Source: an uncultured Chloroflexia bacterium
GTDB taxonomy: Bacteria; Chloroflexota; Limnocylindria; Limnocylindrales; CSP1-4
DNA length: 64,000 nt
NCBI GenBank assembly: GCA_963746865.1
Contig: CAVVDB010000007.1
Span: 250,235 to 314,234, forward strand
Direction of reading: 5' to 3'
The position numbers were made by a program, and so were the translations under genes. Below, piece by piece: positions 28,738 to 37,375 of this stretch (the stretch's first letter is position 1; the number at the start of each line of letters is the position of its first letter). The notes under the pieces were generated by a model that did not search any database, was not told where the DNA came from, and worked only from the letters and a program-made list of their open reading frames with translations.

Positions 28738-29436
28738 TCAGATGAACAGGAAGACGCCGAGGAGGATCAGCCAGATCGACCACGCGATGTAGGCGATCGG
28801 CACGATCGTGCCGGCCAGGTGCCAGCCGTCGCGCTCGTTGGGACCGACGAACTCAAGGACGCCGATGAGCAGGGCGAGGCCGATCAGCACACCGGCGAAC
28901 CCGAGCCAGGACGGGAGGATCGTGGTCGACAGGATGGACGCGGCGATGAGCAAGGTCCACAGACCCGTGAACAGGTAACCCAGGTGTTCGCCGATCCCAA
29001 CGCCGAACAGCCGGTGCAGGGTCGCGAACACGACCACGACGGTCTGGCGCGTCGCATCGCCGTCGGGACCGTCGGGTGCCGCCACGTAACGGCGAGCCAG
29101 GTCCGGAACGGCGAAGGGCCAGCGCACGAGGCCGAGCGACTGGACGAGCCCGGCGATGACGCCGGCGACGATGGCCAGGGTCGTGAGGGTCGGCGCGGCG
29201 GCGAGCGTGACCGGCAACAGGACGGCCAGCGGCAGCATCAGCAGGGCGCTGACCAGGAGTGCCTCCCAGCGCAGGATCAGCCCCGATCCACCGGAATCGA
29301 AGCGGCGCAGGATCTCGTCGGGTTCCTTGCGCAGGATGTCCGGATAGTTGAACGCCCGGCCGAGCTCGAAGAACGTAACGTTGAACGCGACCGGGACGAC
29401 GATCAGGAGGATGGCGGTGATGGTCTCGGTCGTCAT
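28738..29436 (-). CDS. DUF4386-like integral membrane protein
   Basis: 232 aa, about 6 hydrophobic helices, N-terminal ILLIVVPVAFNVTFFELGRAFNYPDILR pattern. Confidence 0.6.
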   Translation of the reverse strand: MTTETITAILLIVVPVAFNVTFFELGRAFNYPDILRKEPDEILRRFDSGGSGLILRWEALLVSALLMLPLAVLLPVTLAAAPTLTTLAIVAGVIAGLVQSLGLVRWPFAVPDLARRYVAAPDGPDGDATRQTVVVVFATLHRLFGVGIGEHLGYLFTGLWTLLIAASILSTTILPSWLGFAGVLIGLALLIGVLEFVGPNERDGWHLAGTIVPIAYIAWSIWLILLGVFLFI

Positions 29437-29522
29437 GGCGCTCCCGAGTCTGCACGGTTCGGCGTGCGGACGTGCGACGATGGAGCCCGGGCCCAGACGG
29501 GCTGGTTGGAGGATCGAGCGCG

Positions 29523-30050
29523 ATGGTCCTGATCTTCGGGTGGGGGCGCGGCCAGACCGAGGACCGCGGCGATGTCGTGCCCATCGTCTGCCCGAACTGC
29601 CACAACGGGGTCTATCTCCGTGAGTACCGCTCCCAGAAGCAGGTCAGCCTGTACTTCGTGCCGATCGCCTCGTCGGGCACCGACGTGTACCTCGCCTGCC
29701 CGATCTGCCGGGGTGGCGTCGAGGTCCCGCCGCAGCAGCGATCCGCGGTCGATGCCATGGTCGCGGCGACGCGCATGGTCCGGAGCGGTCAGCTGGCAGC
29801 CGAGGCGTACCAAACCCAGGCGGAGCGATTCCTCGTCCAGATGGGATTCACATCGCCGGTCGTGCCGGTGGCGACCGCGCCGGCGGCAGGTCCGACCCTA
29901 TCAGGCGGGGCCGTTTCGACCGCGAGCGCGACCGAACGGCCTCCGGCCAACCTCGCAGACCGGCTCGCCAGCCTCGCCAAGCTCAACGCCGATGGCGTGC
30001 TGACCGACGACGAGTTCGCGGCCGCAAAGCGCCGCGCCCTCGAGGAGTAG
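29523..30050 (+). CDS. Zinc-ribbon protein with C-terminal SHOCT domain
   Basis: CPNCHNG...CPICRGG four-Cys ribbon. C-terminal LAKLNADGVLTDDEFAAAKRRAL is SHOCT-like. ATG at 29523. Confidence 0.6.
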   Translation: MVLIFGWGRGQTEDRGDVVPIVCPNCHNGVYLREYRSQKQVSLYFVPIASSGTDVYLACPICRGGVEVPPQQRSAVDAMVAATRMVRSGQLAAEAYQTQAERFLVQMGFTSPVVPVATAPAAGPTLSGGAVSTASATERPPANLADRLASLAKLNADGVLTDDEFAAAKRRALEE

Positions 30051-30093
30051 ACCGAGACGAGGCGGCGTCAGGTCGCCGCCCCCCTCGATGTCG

Positions 30094-30630
30094 TCAGTCG
30101 TCGTTGGTCCGGGTGATCCTTCCTCGGATCTCGCCGGGGCCGTGCTTGACGGTATGGATGTTCGCGTAGGTCACGCCGGATCGGATCGCGCGAACGACTT
30201 CGTCCCATTCGCCGGGGGCGATCCCCTGGCCATCGGGACCGATGACGTTCGCCGGGAAGACCGTGGCGTTGACTTCGCCCGAGTTCGTCAGCGGGCAGTT
30301 GGCGGGTTGGCTGGGGTGATTCGGCGTGGCCGGCGGCACGCTGCCGCACAGCCAGATGGAGATCCCGCCTGACGTTGCCGGGGCGCCGAAATGGATGTGG
30401 GCCTGGGTCGGGGGTCCCGACAGGTCCCGATAGGTCAGCCTGAACTTCAATGACTGTCCGTCCAACCGGGCGCTGAAGCTTCCTCGACCCAGGGTCGAGA
30501 CCGCGGGCACCTCGGCGTAGCCGTCGAGCGATGCCCTGAACGTTCGTGCGCTATCGCCGGTCACGACCGGGGCCGCGATCATGGCGATGAGGCCGGCGGC
30601 CGCGATGGCCACCACAAGGAGTCTCCGCAT
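30094..30630 (-). CDS. Secreted CHRD-domain protein
   Basis: Signal peptide MRRLLVVAIAAAGLIAMIAAP. EVPAVSTLGRGSF...AHIHFGAPATSGG...ANIHTVKHGPGEIRG is typical of CHRD. Confidence 0.75.
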   Translation of the reverse strand: MRRLLVVAIAAAGLIAMIAAPVVTGDSARTFRASLDGYAEVPAVSTLGRGSFSARLDGQSLKFRLTYRDLSGPPTQAHIHFGAPATSGGISIWLCGSVPPATPNHPSQPANCPLTNSGEVNATVFPANVIGPDGQGIAPGEWDEVVRAIRSGVTYANIHTVKHGPGEIRGRITRTNDD

Positions 30631-30776
30631 CCAGTCCTCCCTTCGCTGCGGGCGCCGGGGGCATCCGAAGGACCTGATTCGCAGCCGCGACCGGCGCCGT
30701 GGAAGGTGATACGTGGCAGACGGCCCGGAGGTTTTCGCACTCCTCCACGGCCGAGCCTTGCGCTAGGCTGTCCGCC

Positions 30777-31980
30777 ATGCGGCCAGACGACATGGGCACG
30801 ATCCGACGGCTGAGGTTCCTGCAACCCTTCTGCGTGATCGCGATCGCGGTGATGCTCGCCGGGTGCTCGGCCGCTTCGTCGTCTGGCGCCGGGAATTCGG
30901 TGACTCCATCGCCCGGACTTGCGACGCCAACGTCAGCCACGCGTCGACCGCTTCGCCGATCGCGCCGACCCCGTCGGTGCGCCGACACCGGTCGCCAGCG
31001 TGAGCCCGACCAGCTCCCCGCCCTCGCCCGCCGACGCGCTCGAGAACGTCCCGTCGGCGGAAGGCAACCTGAACGCGATCTGGATCCGCGGTCAGACCGT
31101 CGTCGCCGGTGGGTTCGGTGGCCAACCGTCCAGCGCGAGGATCCTGGTCTTCGAAGGTGGGACCTGGTCGGCCGCCGTCGTGCCCGAGGCCCCGGGCCAG
31201 GTCACCGGGATCACGGAACTCGGAGGCCGGTTCATCGCGGTGGGCAACACCCTGCCCGATACCCGGACCGGGTTCATCTGGGACTCCGCCGACGGTCGAG
31301 CCTGGCGACTCGTGCAGACGATCGAGGATGCCGCCCTCTACGACGTCATCGCCGGCGATGGCGTGGTCGTCGCCGTCGGTGCCCGCCTCAACGACGAGAT
31401 GGTGGCGACCGCCTCGGCATGGTCGTCGCCCGACGGGACGACCTGGACGCGCGCCGATGTCGCGGACAGCGCCAAGACCGCGATGGGATCCGTCACCACG
31501 ACCCCGACGGGCTTCGCCGCCATCGGCGACCGTCCTCTCGGAGTCCCGCGCCCGTTCTGGACCTCAACGGCCGCAACCACATGGAACGCACTGAAGAACG
31601 ACCTGAGCGACCAGTTACTGCCGATCGATCTCGTGCAATCGGGCGACCAGCTGGCCACGGTCGGAGCCTCGGGGAAGTCGGGCGACCAGCACCCCTTCGT
31701 CTCCCTCTCGAGTGACGGTCGCCACTGGGAAACGACGAAGATCTCGACGAACGAGGGGTACGCCTCCGCCGTGGCGGTGGTGAAGGAGCGACTGGTCGTC
31801 GCCGGCGTCGACGGCGATCGGCTGACGCTTTGGGCGTTCATCGGAGGTCAGTGGGACTCGGCCCCGCAAGAACCGAGCGGGGCATCGATCTCGGCGCTCA
31901 CCTGGGACGAAGCGTGGGGACTCGTCGGGGTCGGCGTCCGTGACGGCCAGCCCGCCGTATGGGTGTTCGGCGATCCCTGA
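30777..31980 (+). pseudogene. Lipoprotein with beta-propeller-like repeats; frame change in the Pro/Ser/Thr linker (about 30900-31000)
   Basis: Signal/lipobox FCVIAIAVMLAGCSAASS is in the frame of ORF 30699. The body is in ORF 30919..31980, with recurring xDGxxW motifs (SADGRAW, SPDGTTW, SSDGRHW). Confidence 0.6.
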
Positions 31981-32071
31981 CCCAGGTCCCGCCTGACTCG
32001 CGGCGGATCCGCATGACCCGCCGCGCCGCCAGGGTGTCGCAGGGCCCGACCCGAGGCTGACAGGCTGACCC

Positions 32072-32518
32072 GTGAACCACGAGACGTGCCACGATAAGCT
32101 CATGCTTGCCCGAGGGTTGCTGACGCTCTCGTCGGTCGTCCTCGCTATCACGGGCCTCGCGTATGTGCTCGCGCCTGGGCCCGCCCTGGCGATCGTCGGG
32201 ATCGAGTCGTCCCCCACCAGCGACTTCCTCCTGCGGACCGAAGGGGTCGCCATCCTGTTCGGGGCCGCGGTCGTCTGGGCATTGCGCGGCGGAGATGCCC
32301 GGGCGCATCGGATCGGACTTCTGGCCCTCGCGGGCTACTACATCGGGAGCGCGATCGTGGACCTGGCTGCCTACGGGCAGGCGATCGTCGGTTGGGCCTC
32401 GATCCCGAGCGCGATCGTCCGGATCAGTGTCGGCTGCCTCTGCCTTGGAGCCGTCTGGTTCGAGCGTCGACGGCGCTCCAGGGACCTGGAGGGGACTGGA
32501 GCCGACACTCGGATTTGA
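32072..32518 (+). CDS. Small integral membrane protein (4 predicted helices), function unknown
   Basis: 148-aa ORF with four hydrophobic stretches. Its last 22 nt overlap the 3' end of the convergent tRNA, so the C-terminus is uncertain. Confidence 0.5.
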   Translation: MNHETCHDKLMLARGLLTLSSVVLAITGLAYVLAPGPALAIVGIESSPTSDFLLRTEGVAILFGAAVVWALRGGDARAHRIGLLALAGYYIGSAIVDLAAYGQAIVGWASIPSAIVRISVGCLCLGAVWFERRRRSRDLEGTGADTRI

Positions 32519-32571
32519 ACCGAGGACCTGCTGTTTACGAAACAGCTGCTCTACCACTGAGCTATGTCGGC
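32497..32571 (-). tRNA. tRNA-Thr: tRNA-Thr (anticodon CGT), CCA encoded
   Basis: Reverse complement folds as GCCGACA TA GCTC AGTGGTA GAGC A GCTGT TTCGTAA ACAGC AGGTC CTCGG TTCAAAT CCGAG TGTCGGC T CCA. All four stems pair. The anticodon loop TTCGTAA gives CGT. Confidence 0.93.
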
Positions 32572-32595
32572 GCCGATCAAGAATAGCCGATGCTC
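32535..32595. repeat. 61-bp perfect direct repeat, copy A (tRNA-Thr positions 1-37 plus 24 nt upstream)
   Basis: ttacgaaacagctgctctaccactgagctatgtcggcgccgatcaagaatagccgatgctc is identical to 35269..35329. Confidence 0.9.
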
Positions 32596-32751
32596 AACGC
32601 ACAGCGGCTATTCGCCCTCACGGGAGCATGCCGGCGATCGTGCTCAGAGCGGTAGCACAGCGCTCGAACAGCTGATAAGTGTGTCTACGCCGATGACTGT
32701 CGCGCACCCTTGAGAGGTCCCGAACCGCACGACCGTTCGATCTAGGCGCAA

Positions 32752-33147
32752 TCAGCGCGGGGCGACGGCGGCCAGCCCGATGAGCGCCGCCCCCTCGATC
32801 ATCCGATCGTCGTAGGTCACGATCGTGTCGAGGTCGTCACCTAGCGTCAGAGCGGTCGCGAGATGGATGGCATCGAGCGTGCGCAGTATTCGAGGCTCGA
32901 GGATGCCGGCCGCATCGAGGATCCGATCGTCGATGGCGATCAGGTCGACACGCCGAAGGCCCTCGCGGGCGATGGCGAGAGCGTCAGGCCCCAGGTGCCG
33001 GACCGCTCGGAGGGCTTCGGCCCGGAGGAGGGAAGACGACACGCGGCGAGCCTCGTGCGTCGCGAGGAATGCTCGGAGCTCGGTCGACTGCGCCTCGGTG
33101 ACGACCAGCTTGACGAACGCCGAGCTATCGAGATAGACGGCCTTCAA
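32752..33147 (-). CDS. vapC: PIN-domain toxin, VapC family
   Basis: 131 aa. MKAVYLDSSAFVKL... (first acidic residue), ...LDAIHLATAL and TYDDRM are PIN acidic-residue positions. ATGA-type overlap with the upstream antitoxin. Confidence 0.85.
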   Translation of the reverse strand: MKAVYLDSSAFVKLVVTEAQSTELRAFLATHEARRVSSSLLRAEALRAVRHLGPDALAIAREGLRRVDLIAIDDRILDAAGILEPRILRTLDAIHLATALTLGDDLDTIVTYDDRMIEGAALIGLAAVAPR

Positions 33148-33416
33148 TCCGTCCGCGCCTCCGACACGAGGTCGGACGGAGCGGGTGAATCGGCCGGCAG
33201 CTGGACCGTGGGGAGGTCGAGCAGGTCAGCCTCGGCGCGACGCAGCAGTCCTTCGCGCTCGAGCTTGGCCAGACCGGTTGGCATCGATCGCAGCAGGACC
33301 GCGACCGGACGTCCTCGATCAGTGACCTCGATCGTCTCGCCCGCGGCGACTCTTCGCAGGATGGCACTGGCCTGACGCCGAAGCTCGCGCACACCGACAC
33401 GTTCCATGTGCGACAT
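33144..33416 (-). CDS. Phd/YefM-type antitoxin
   Basis: 90 aa. VGVRELRRQASAILRRVAAGETIEVTDRGRPVAVL is the canonical Phd/YefM N-terminal domain. Confidence 0.8.
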   Translation of the reverse strand: MSHMERVGVRELRRQASAILRRVAAGETIEVTDRGRPVAVLLRSMPTGLAKLEREGLLRRAEADLLDLPTVQLPADSPAPSDLVSEARTD

Positions 33417-33533
33417 AGTAGCACTTGTCAGGACGACGTGGCGTAAGCGGGTGTCACTCTGGAGACCCCAATCCTTCCGGGGGGAGCACGAGCTCCCCCT
33501 CGGATTGAAGCGTGCCTTGCGTCGTGTGGCCGA

Positions 33534-34496
33534 TCAGGGAGACGGGGACGCGCCCGATTGGGACGGACTGGTTGCCGGCGGTTCGATCTTGATGGAAGCG
33601 ACGATGGTCTCGAGCTCGGCCACTTCCTCGGCAGAGCTGCTCGCCTGGTGCCTGGCAACAACGGCGAAGCGATCGCCGGCGACGTCGACGACATAGACGA
33701 CATCGGTCGAACCGACGGCACTGCAGCACAGGCCGCCGGACTCATCCGGGCCCGGGTCCGGCCAGAACCTGATGATTCCCCCGTCGCATTTCGTGACATC
33801 GAGGTCGCCCGGGACGGTCAACTCGATCCGCTTGGCCGGGAAGCCCCCCAGGGTGACGTCGGTGGCGGCCGACGCGACCCGGCCCTTCTGCGCCACCAGC
33901 AAGCTCGCAAGCTCATCGATCGTCGTTCCGGCGTCGACCAGCGTCGCATCGTGATGGCAGGCGTCGGTGTAGACATGGCTGACGGTCCAGATAGCGAGTA
34001 GGACCTCGCCAGATCCAGTGAACGGCGGCATGCTCGCCGCAGCGGCCACGCGATTCCTATAGACGAATACTCCTCCCTCAGCCGTCGCCCATCCCTCGGG
34101 TACGGTGACGGTGAACCGCGCTCCCCCCACGGGCGTGTAGTACGCAATCCAATCATACGTCCCCGGTTCGAGGGCGCCAGCCGCGGGGAGGAGCGACGGT
34201 GACGGGGTCGGCGCGAGAGTGGCCGACGGCGCCGGCGTCGGGCCGGAGCCGGGGCCGGTGCCCGGTGTGAAGACGGTCAGGGCCGCGAAGCCGACGATCG
34301 CGACGACCGCGATCCCGGCGGCGAGCCGCAGCGGAACGGACATTGGTGGGGTCCTCCACGGAATCCGGAGATCCCGCGATTGTGGTGTCGTCTTGATGGC
34401 CAGGAAGACGGCGTCGACCACCGGCCGAGGGGTCCGGTCGGACCCGTCTGCCAGCCAGTCGTCCACGGCGCGTTCGAAGGCTCGGTCGTCGCTCAT
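33534..34496 (-). CDS. Single-pass membrane protein co-transcribed with an ECF sigma factor (putative anti-sigma/sensor partner)
   Basis: 320 aa. Cytoplasmic N-terminus MSDDRAFERAVDDWL, TM segment LRLAAGIAVVAIVGFAALTVF, Pro/Ser/Thr linker, extracytoplasmic domain. 4-nt overlap with the sigma gene. Confidence 0.6.
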   Translation of the reverse strand: MSDDRAFERAVDDWLADGSDRTPRPVVDAVFLAIKTTPQSRDLRIPWRTPPMSVPLRLAAGIAVVAIVGFAALTVFTPGTGPGSGPTPAPSATLAPTPSPSLLPAAGALEPGTYDWIAYYTPVGGARFTVTVPEGWATAEGGVFVYRNRVAAAASMPPFTGSGEVLLAIWTVSHVYTDACHHDATLVDAGTTIDELASLLVAQKGRVASAATDVTLGGFPAKRIELTVPGDLDVTKCDGGIIRFWPDPGPDESGGLCCSAVGSTDVVYVVDVAGDRFAVVARHQASSSAEEVAELETIVASIKIEPPATSPSQSGASPSP

Positions 34497-35047
34497 GACA
34501 GTCGCCCTTCCTGGACCTTAATCGGCGCGCGGCCCGCCTCGAAAGCGGACCGAAGTGCGCGGGTGGCGTAGTGCAGTCGCGAGCGGGCGGTTCCGTCGGG
34601 GATGCCGAGCGTCTCGGCCACTGCCACGAGGGGCAGGCCCACGTGGTGGTGGAGGACGAACACCGCCCGCTGGTCGAGCGGTAGCCGGCGGAAAGCCTGC
34701 TCCAACTCGTCGCGATTGGAGATCGATTGGTAAGCGTCCACGTCGTCCGCCCGATCGATTGGGAGAACGCGCACGGTCGATGCCCATCTCCGGTTGTGCG
34801 GAGCCTCCGCGTAGCAAGCGTTGACGAGGATCCGGTAGGCCCATGCCTCGAAGCGGTCTGGCTCCCGCAGATGCGGCAGCTTCCGCCAAATGGTCACAAG
34901 GGCGTTCTGCAGAACGTCCTCGGCGAGGCCGGGATCGCGCAGGATGCGTCGAGCGATCCCGAACAGCGTGTCGCTGACCTGGTGCACCAGATCCTCGAAT
35001 GCCGCCTGGTCGCCCGAGCGCGCCCGCTCGACGAGGTCTCGGTCCAT
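34493..35047 (-). CDS. ECF-type RNA polymerase sigma factor
   Basis: 184 aa. DVLQNALVTIWRKL (region 2.x) and VAETLGIPDGTARSRLHYA (region 4.2 HTH). Confidence 0.88.
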   Translation of the reverse strand: MDRDLVERARSGDQAAFEDLVHQVSDTLFGIARRILRDPGLAEDVLQNALVTIWRKLPHLREPDRFEAWAYRILVNACYAEAPHNRRWASTVRVLPIDRADDVDAYQSISNRDELEQAFRRLPLDQRAVFVLHHHVGLPLVAVAETLGIPDGTARSRLHYATRALRSAFEAGRAPIKVQEGRLS

Positions 35048-35268
35048 GGGTCTCCGGCGATCAGCCGTGGTCGAGACGACCGCGGTCTATCGAGCATGAG
35101 GGTACGGAGCGCCGGAATCGTTCAGTGCGGGTAGTCATGGTCGGCTCGGACGCTAGCGGCCCGCAGCGTCGATCCTAGGCGGACCACCCCAAGAATCGAA
35201 TAGCTGATAAGTGTGCCCGTTTGTATCGGGCCGCCACTCGGGGTAGCACTGCGCACAGGGCGGGAGAC

Positions 35269-35329
35269 TTACGAAACAGCTGCTCTACCACTGAGCTATG
35301 TCGGCGCCGATCAAGAATAGCCGATGCTC
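35269..35329. repeat. 61-bp perfect direct repeat, copy B; contains a truncated tRNA-Thr 5' half (35269-35305)
   Basis: Identical to 32535..32595. The sequence to the left of 35269 does not continue the tRNA (no anticodon-stem 3' strand, T arm or acceptor 3' strand). Confidence 0.9.
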
Positions 35330-35463
35330 GCGTACATCAGCTACTTCCGAGTCGGCCGGAGACAGCGAGATCTCCATCGCACTCGCGGCTCCGCGGAAAG
35401 GCGGCCTCCGGATCGCCGGCATCGGCCGACGATTACCAGCGCCAGCGGTGGTACCATACGAGC

Positions 35464-35679
35464 ATGGACAAGACGACAATCTACCTGCCGACAGAGCTCA
35501 AGTCGGCGATCAAGCGCGTCGCCCGGCAACGAGGCGTATCCGAGGCCGAGGTCATTCGCGACTCGATCCGCGAGGCCGTCGGCGATGATCGACCGCGCCC
35601 CCGCGGTGGCCTCTTCGCGAGCCGCTCTCCGATCGCACGCGAAGCAGACGAACATCTGCCGGGGTTCGGCGAGCAGTGA
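35464..35679 (+). CDS. Ribbon-helix-helix (CopG-like) antitoxin
   Basis: MDKTTIYLPTELKSAIKRVARQRGVSEAEVIRDSIREAV is a typical RHH. 4-nt overlap with the downstream PIN gene. Confidence 0.8.
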   Translation: MDKTTIYLPTELKSAIKRVARQRGVSEAEVIRDSIREAVGDDRPRPRGGLFASRSPIAREADEHLPGFGEQ

Positions 35680-36122
35680 TCGTCGATACGAGCGCGCTCC
35701 TCGCGTTCTTCGACACCGACGAGCCTGATCACGAGGCGGTTTCCGCGGTTCTCGATGAGGCGACGGAGCCTCTCGTGTTATCGCCCTACGTGGTCGCCGA
35801 GCTCGACTACCTCGTGGCGTCGCGGCTCGGCACCTCGGCCGAGGTGGCCGTGCTGAGGGAGCTGACCGGCGGTGCCTGGGACCTGGCCGCGATCGATGTC
35901 GAGGAGCTCGCGCGGGCTCGCGCCGTGATCGAGCGCTATGCGGACCAGGACATCGGCGTCGCGGACGCTTCGAACGTGATCCTGGCCGAGCGTTACCGGA
36001 CACGTACCATCGCGACCCTCGATCACCGGCACTTCGACGTCATGCGACCGATCAGTGGCGGACGCTTTCGCGATTCTCCCCTGCACCTTGCTACCTGTGT
36101 CCTACCAGTGGTAGTATCCTAG
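35676..36122 (+). CDS. vapC: PIN-domain toxin, VapC family
   Basis: MIVDTSALLAFFDTDEPDH..., ...VVAELDYL..., ...GVADASNVILAE..., ...TLDHRHF. Four conserved acidic positions. GTG start. Confidence 0.85.
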   Translation: MIVDTSALLAFFDTDEPDHEAVSAVLDEATEPLVLSPYVVAELDYLVASRLGTSAEVAVLRELTGGAWDLAAIDVEELARARAVIERYADQDIGVADASNVILAERYRTRTIATLDHRHFDVMRPISGGRFRDSPLHLATCVLPVVVS

Positions 36123-36123
36123 T

Positions 36124-36345
36124 ATGAAGGTCAGTGTCAGCCTTCCTGGAGAGGACGTCGAGTTCCTCGACGCGTATGCCAGGGAGCAGGGGCTCGAGTC
36201 GCGATCGGCCGCCATCCATCGAGCGGTACGACTGCTCCGCACGGCAGAGCTCGGCGGCACCTACGAAGCGGCGTGGGCGGACTGGGCGGGCGACGGCGAG
36301 GGTGACGCCTGGGATCGCACGACCGGTGACGGGCTTCGTCCGTGA
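36124..36345 (+). CDS. RHH-type antitoxin (MazE-like partner of the downstream MazF)
   Basis: MKVSVSLPGEDVEFLDAYAREQGLESRSAAIHRAVRLL. 4-nt overlap with the mazF-like gene. Confidence 0.7.
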   Translation: MKVSVSLPGEDVEFLDAYAREQGLESRSAAIHRAVRLLRTAELGGTYEAAWADWAGDGEGDAWDRTTGDGLRP

Positions 36346-36692
36346 TGCGGCGCGGCGATATCCACGTCATCGATCTCGATCCCGGCCGTGGTTCGGAAGC
36401 GAGCAAGCGCCGGCCGGCGGTCATCGTCAGCAACGACGCCGCCAATGCCACGGCGGCTCGACTGGGTCGGGGCGTGATCACGGTCGTGCCGGTAACGTCG
36501 AACGTCGCGCGCGTCTATCCATTCCAGGTCCTGCTGCCTGCGCGACACACCGGACTCGATCGCGACTCCAAGGCTCAGGCCGAACAGGTCCGCTCGATCG
36601 CCGTCGAGCGAGTAGGTGACCGGCTGGGCGTCGTCCCCAACTCGATCATGCTCGACATCGACGAGGCGCTCCGCCTTCATCTCGGCCTGTAG
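36342..36692 (+). CDS. mazF: MazF/PemK-family endoribonuclease toxin
   Basis: RGDIHVIDLDPGRGSEASKRRPAVIVSND...VVPVTSN...DSKAQAEQVRSI is the canonical MazF pattern. Confidence 0.88.
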   Translation: MMRRGDIHVIDLDPGRGSEASKRRPAVIVSNDAANATAARLGRGVITVVPVTSNVARVYPFQVLLPARHTGLDRDSKAQAEQVRSIAVERVGDRLGVVPNSIMLDIDEALRLHLGL

Positions 36693-36699
36693 GCTCTGG

Positions 36700-37374
36700 C
36701 TACCAGCCGAGCGTCAGCCGGATGTTGTCGACGTTCAGCAGGAAGTCACCGATCCCGACCGCGATCAGCAAGATCCCGGCGAACACCTCGATGGCTCGGT
36801 GGCGACGGGTGACGGCGCCGACGATCTGACGCTGCCGAGCTCCCGTGATCAGTGACAGGATGACGAGCGGGAGTCCGAAGCCAAGACCATAAGCGAGAAA
36901 GACGACGACCTTCTGCAGCGCGTCGGTCAGGCCCACGGCGAACGCGATGAGCGACAGCGCGAATGCGCCCGCGCAGGGCAGGGCGAGCGGGCCAAGCATC
37001 AGCCCATAGACGTAGGCCCGACCGAACGGATCCGCGATGATCGGCACGCTCATGCCCGGCAGCAGCGCGAACGGGTTCCGACCCGCCAGGAGGAGGACGC
37101 CGAGGACGACGAGCAGGCCGTCCGTGAGCGGGACCAGGTAGGCGAGCAGTGCTCCCATCGGCACGGAGACGAAGATCAGGATGACCGCCACGGCCAGCAT
37201 CGTGGTCAGGACGCCGGCCAGGATGATCAGGCCCAGCAGTCCCGTGCCGCGACGTCCGGACAGCTCCGCCGAACTCGCGGACAGGTAGGCCAGGAAGGCC
37301 GGATAGAGCGGCAGCAGGCACGGGCTCGCGGCGCTCGCCAGGCCCAGCGTGAACGCGAGCCAGAGGCCTTCCAG
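36700..37374 (-). CDS. ccdA: Cytochrome c biogenesis/thiol-disulfide transporter CcdA (DsbD core) family
   Basis: The in-frame extension upstream of ORF 36700..37200 reads LWLAFTLGLASAASPCLLPLYPAFLAYLSA (first conserved Cys), and a second PC motif LALPCAGAF follows. No ATG/GTG/TTG is available near the N-terminus; a CTG at 37374 lies 1 nt after the upstream stop. Confidence 0.75.
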   Translation of the reverse strand: MEGLWLAFTLGLASAASPCLLPLYPAFLAYLSASSAELSGRRGTGLLGLIILAGVLTTMLAVAVILIFVSVPMGALLAYLVPLTDGLLVVLGVLLLAGRNPFALLPGMSVPIIADPFGRAYVYGLMLGPLALPCAGAFALSLIAFAVGLTDALQKVVVFLAYGLGFGLPLVILSLITGARQRQIVGAVTRRHRAIEVFAGILLIAVGIGDFLLNVDNIRLTLGW

Positions 37375-37375
37375 G

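Larger units (their letters stand above)
32535..35329. mobile_element. Candidate tRNA-associated integrated islet (or its remnant) bounded by the 61-bp direct repeats; no integrase present
   Basis: The direct repeats start exactly in the anticodon loop of tRNA-Thr. Cargo is vapBC plus an ECF sigma/membrane-partner pair. Repeated 12-mers flank both repeats. See findings. Confidence 0.35.

Noticed and set aside
32535-35329. Calling the repeat-bounded segment a complete integrative element or prophage
   Set aside because: No integrase, excisionase, replication or structural genes lie inside or adjacent. It is reported only as a low-confidence candidate islet or remnant.
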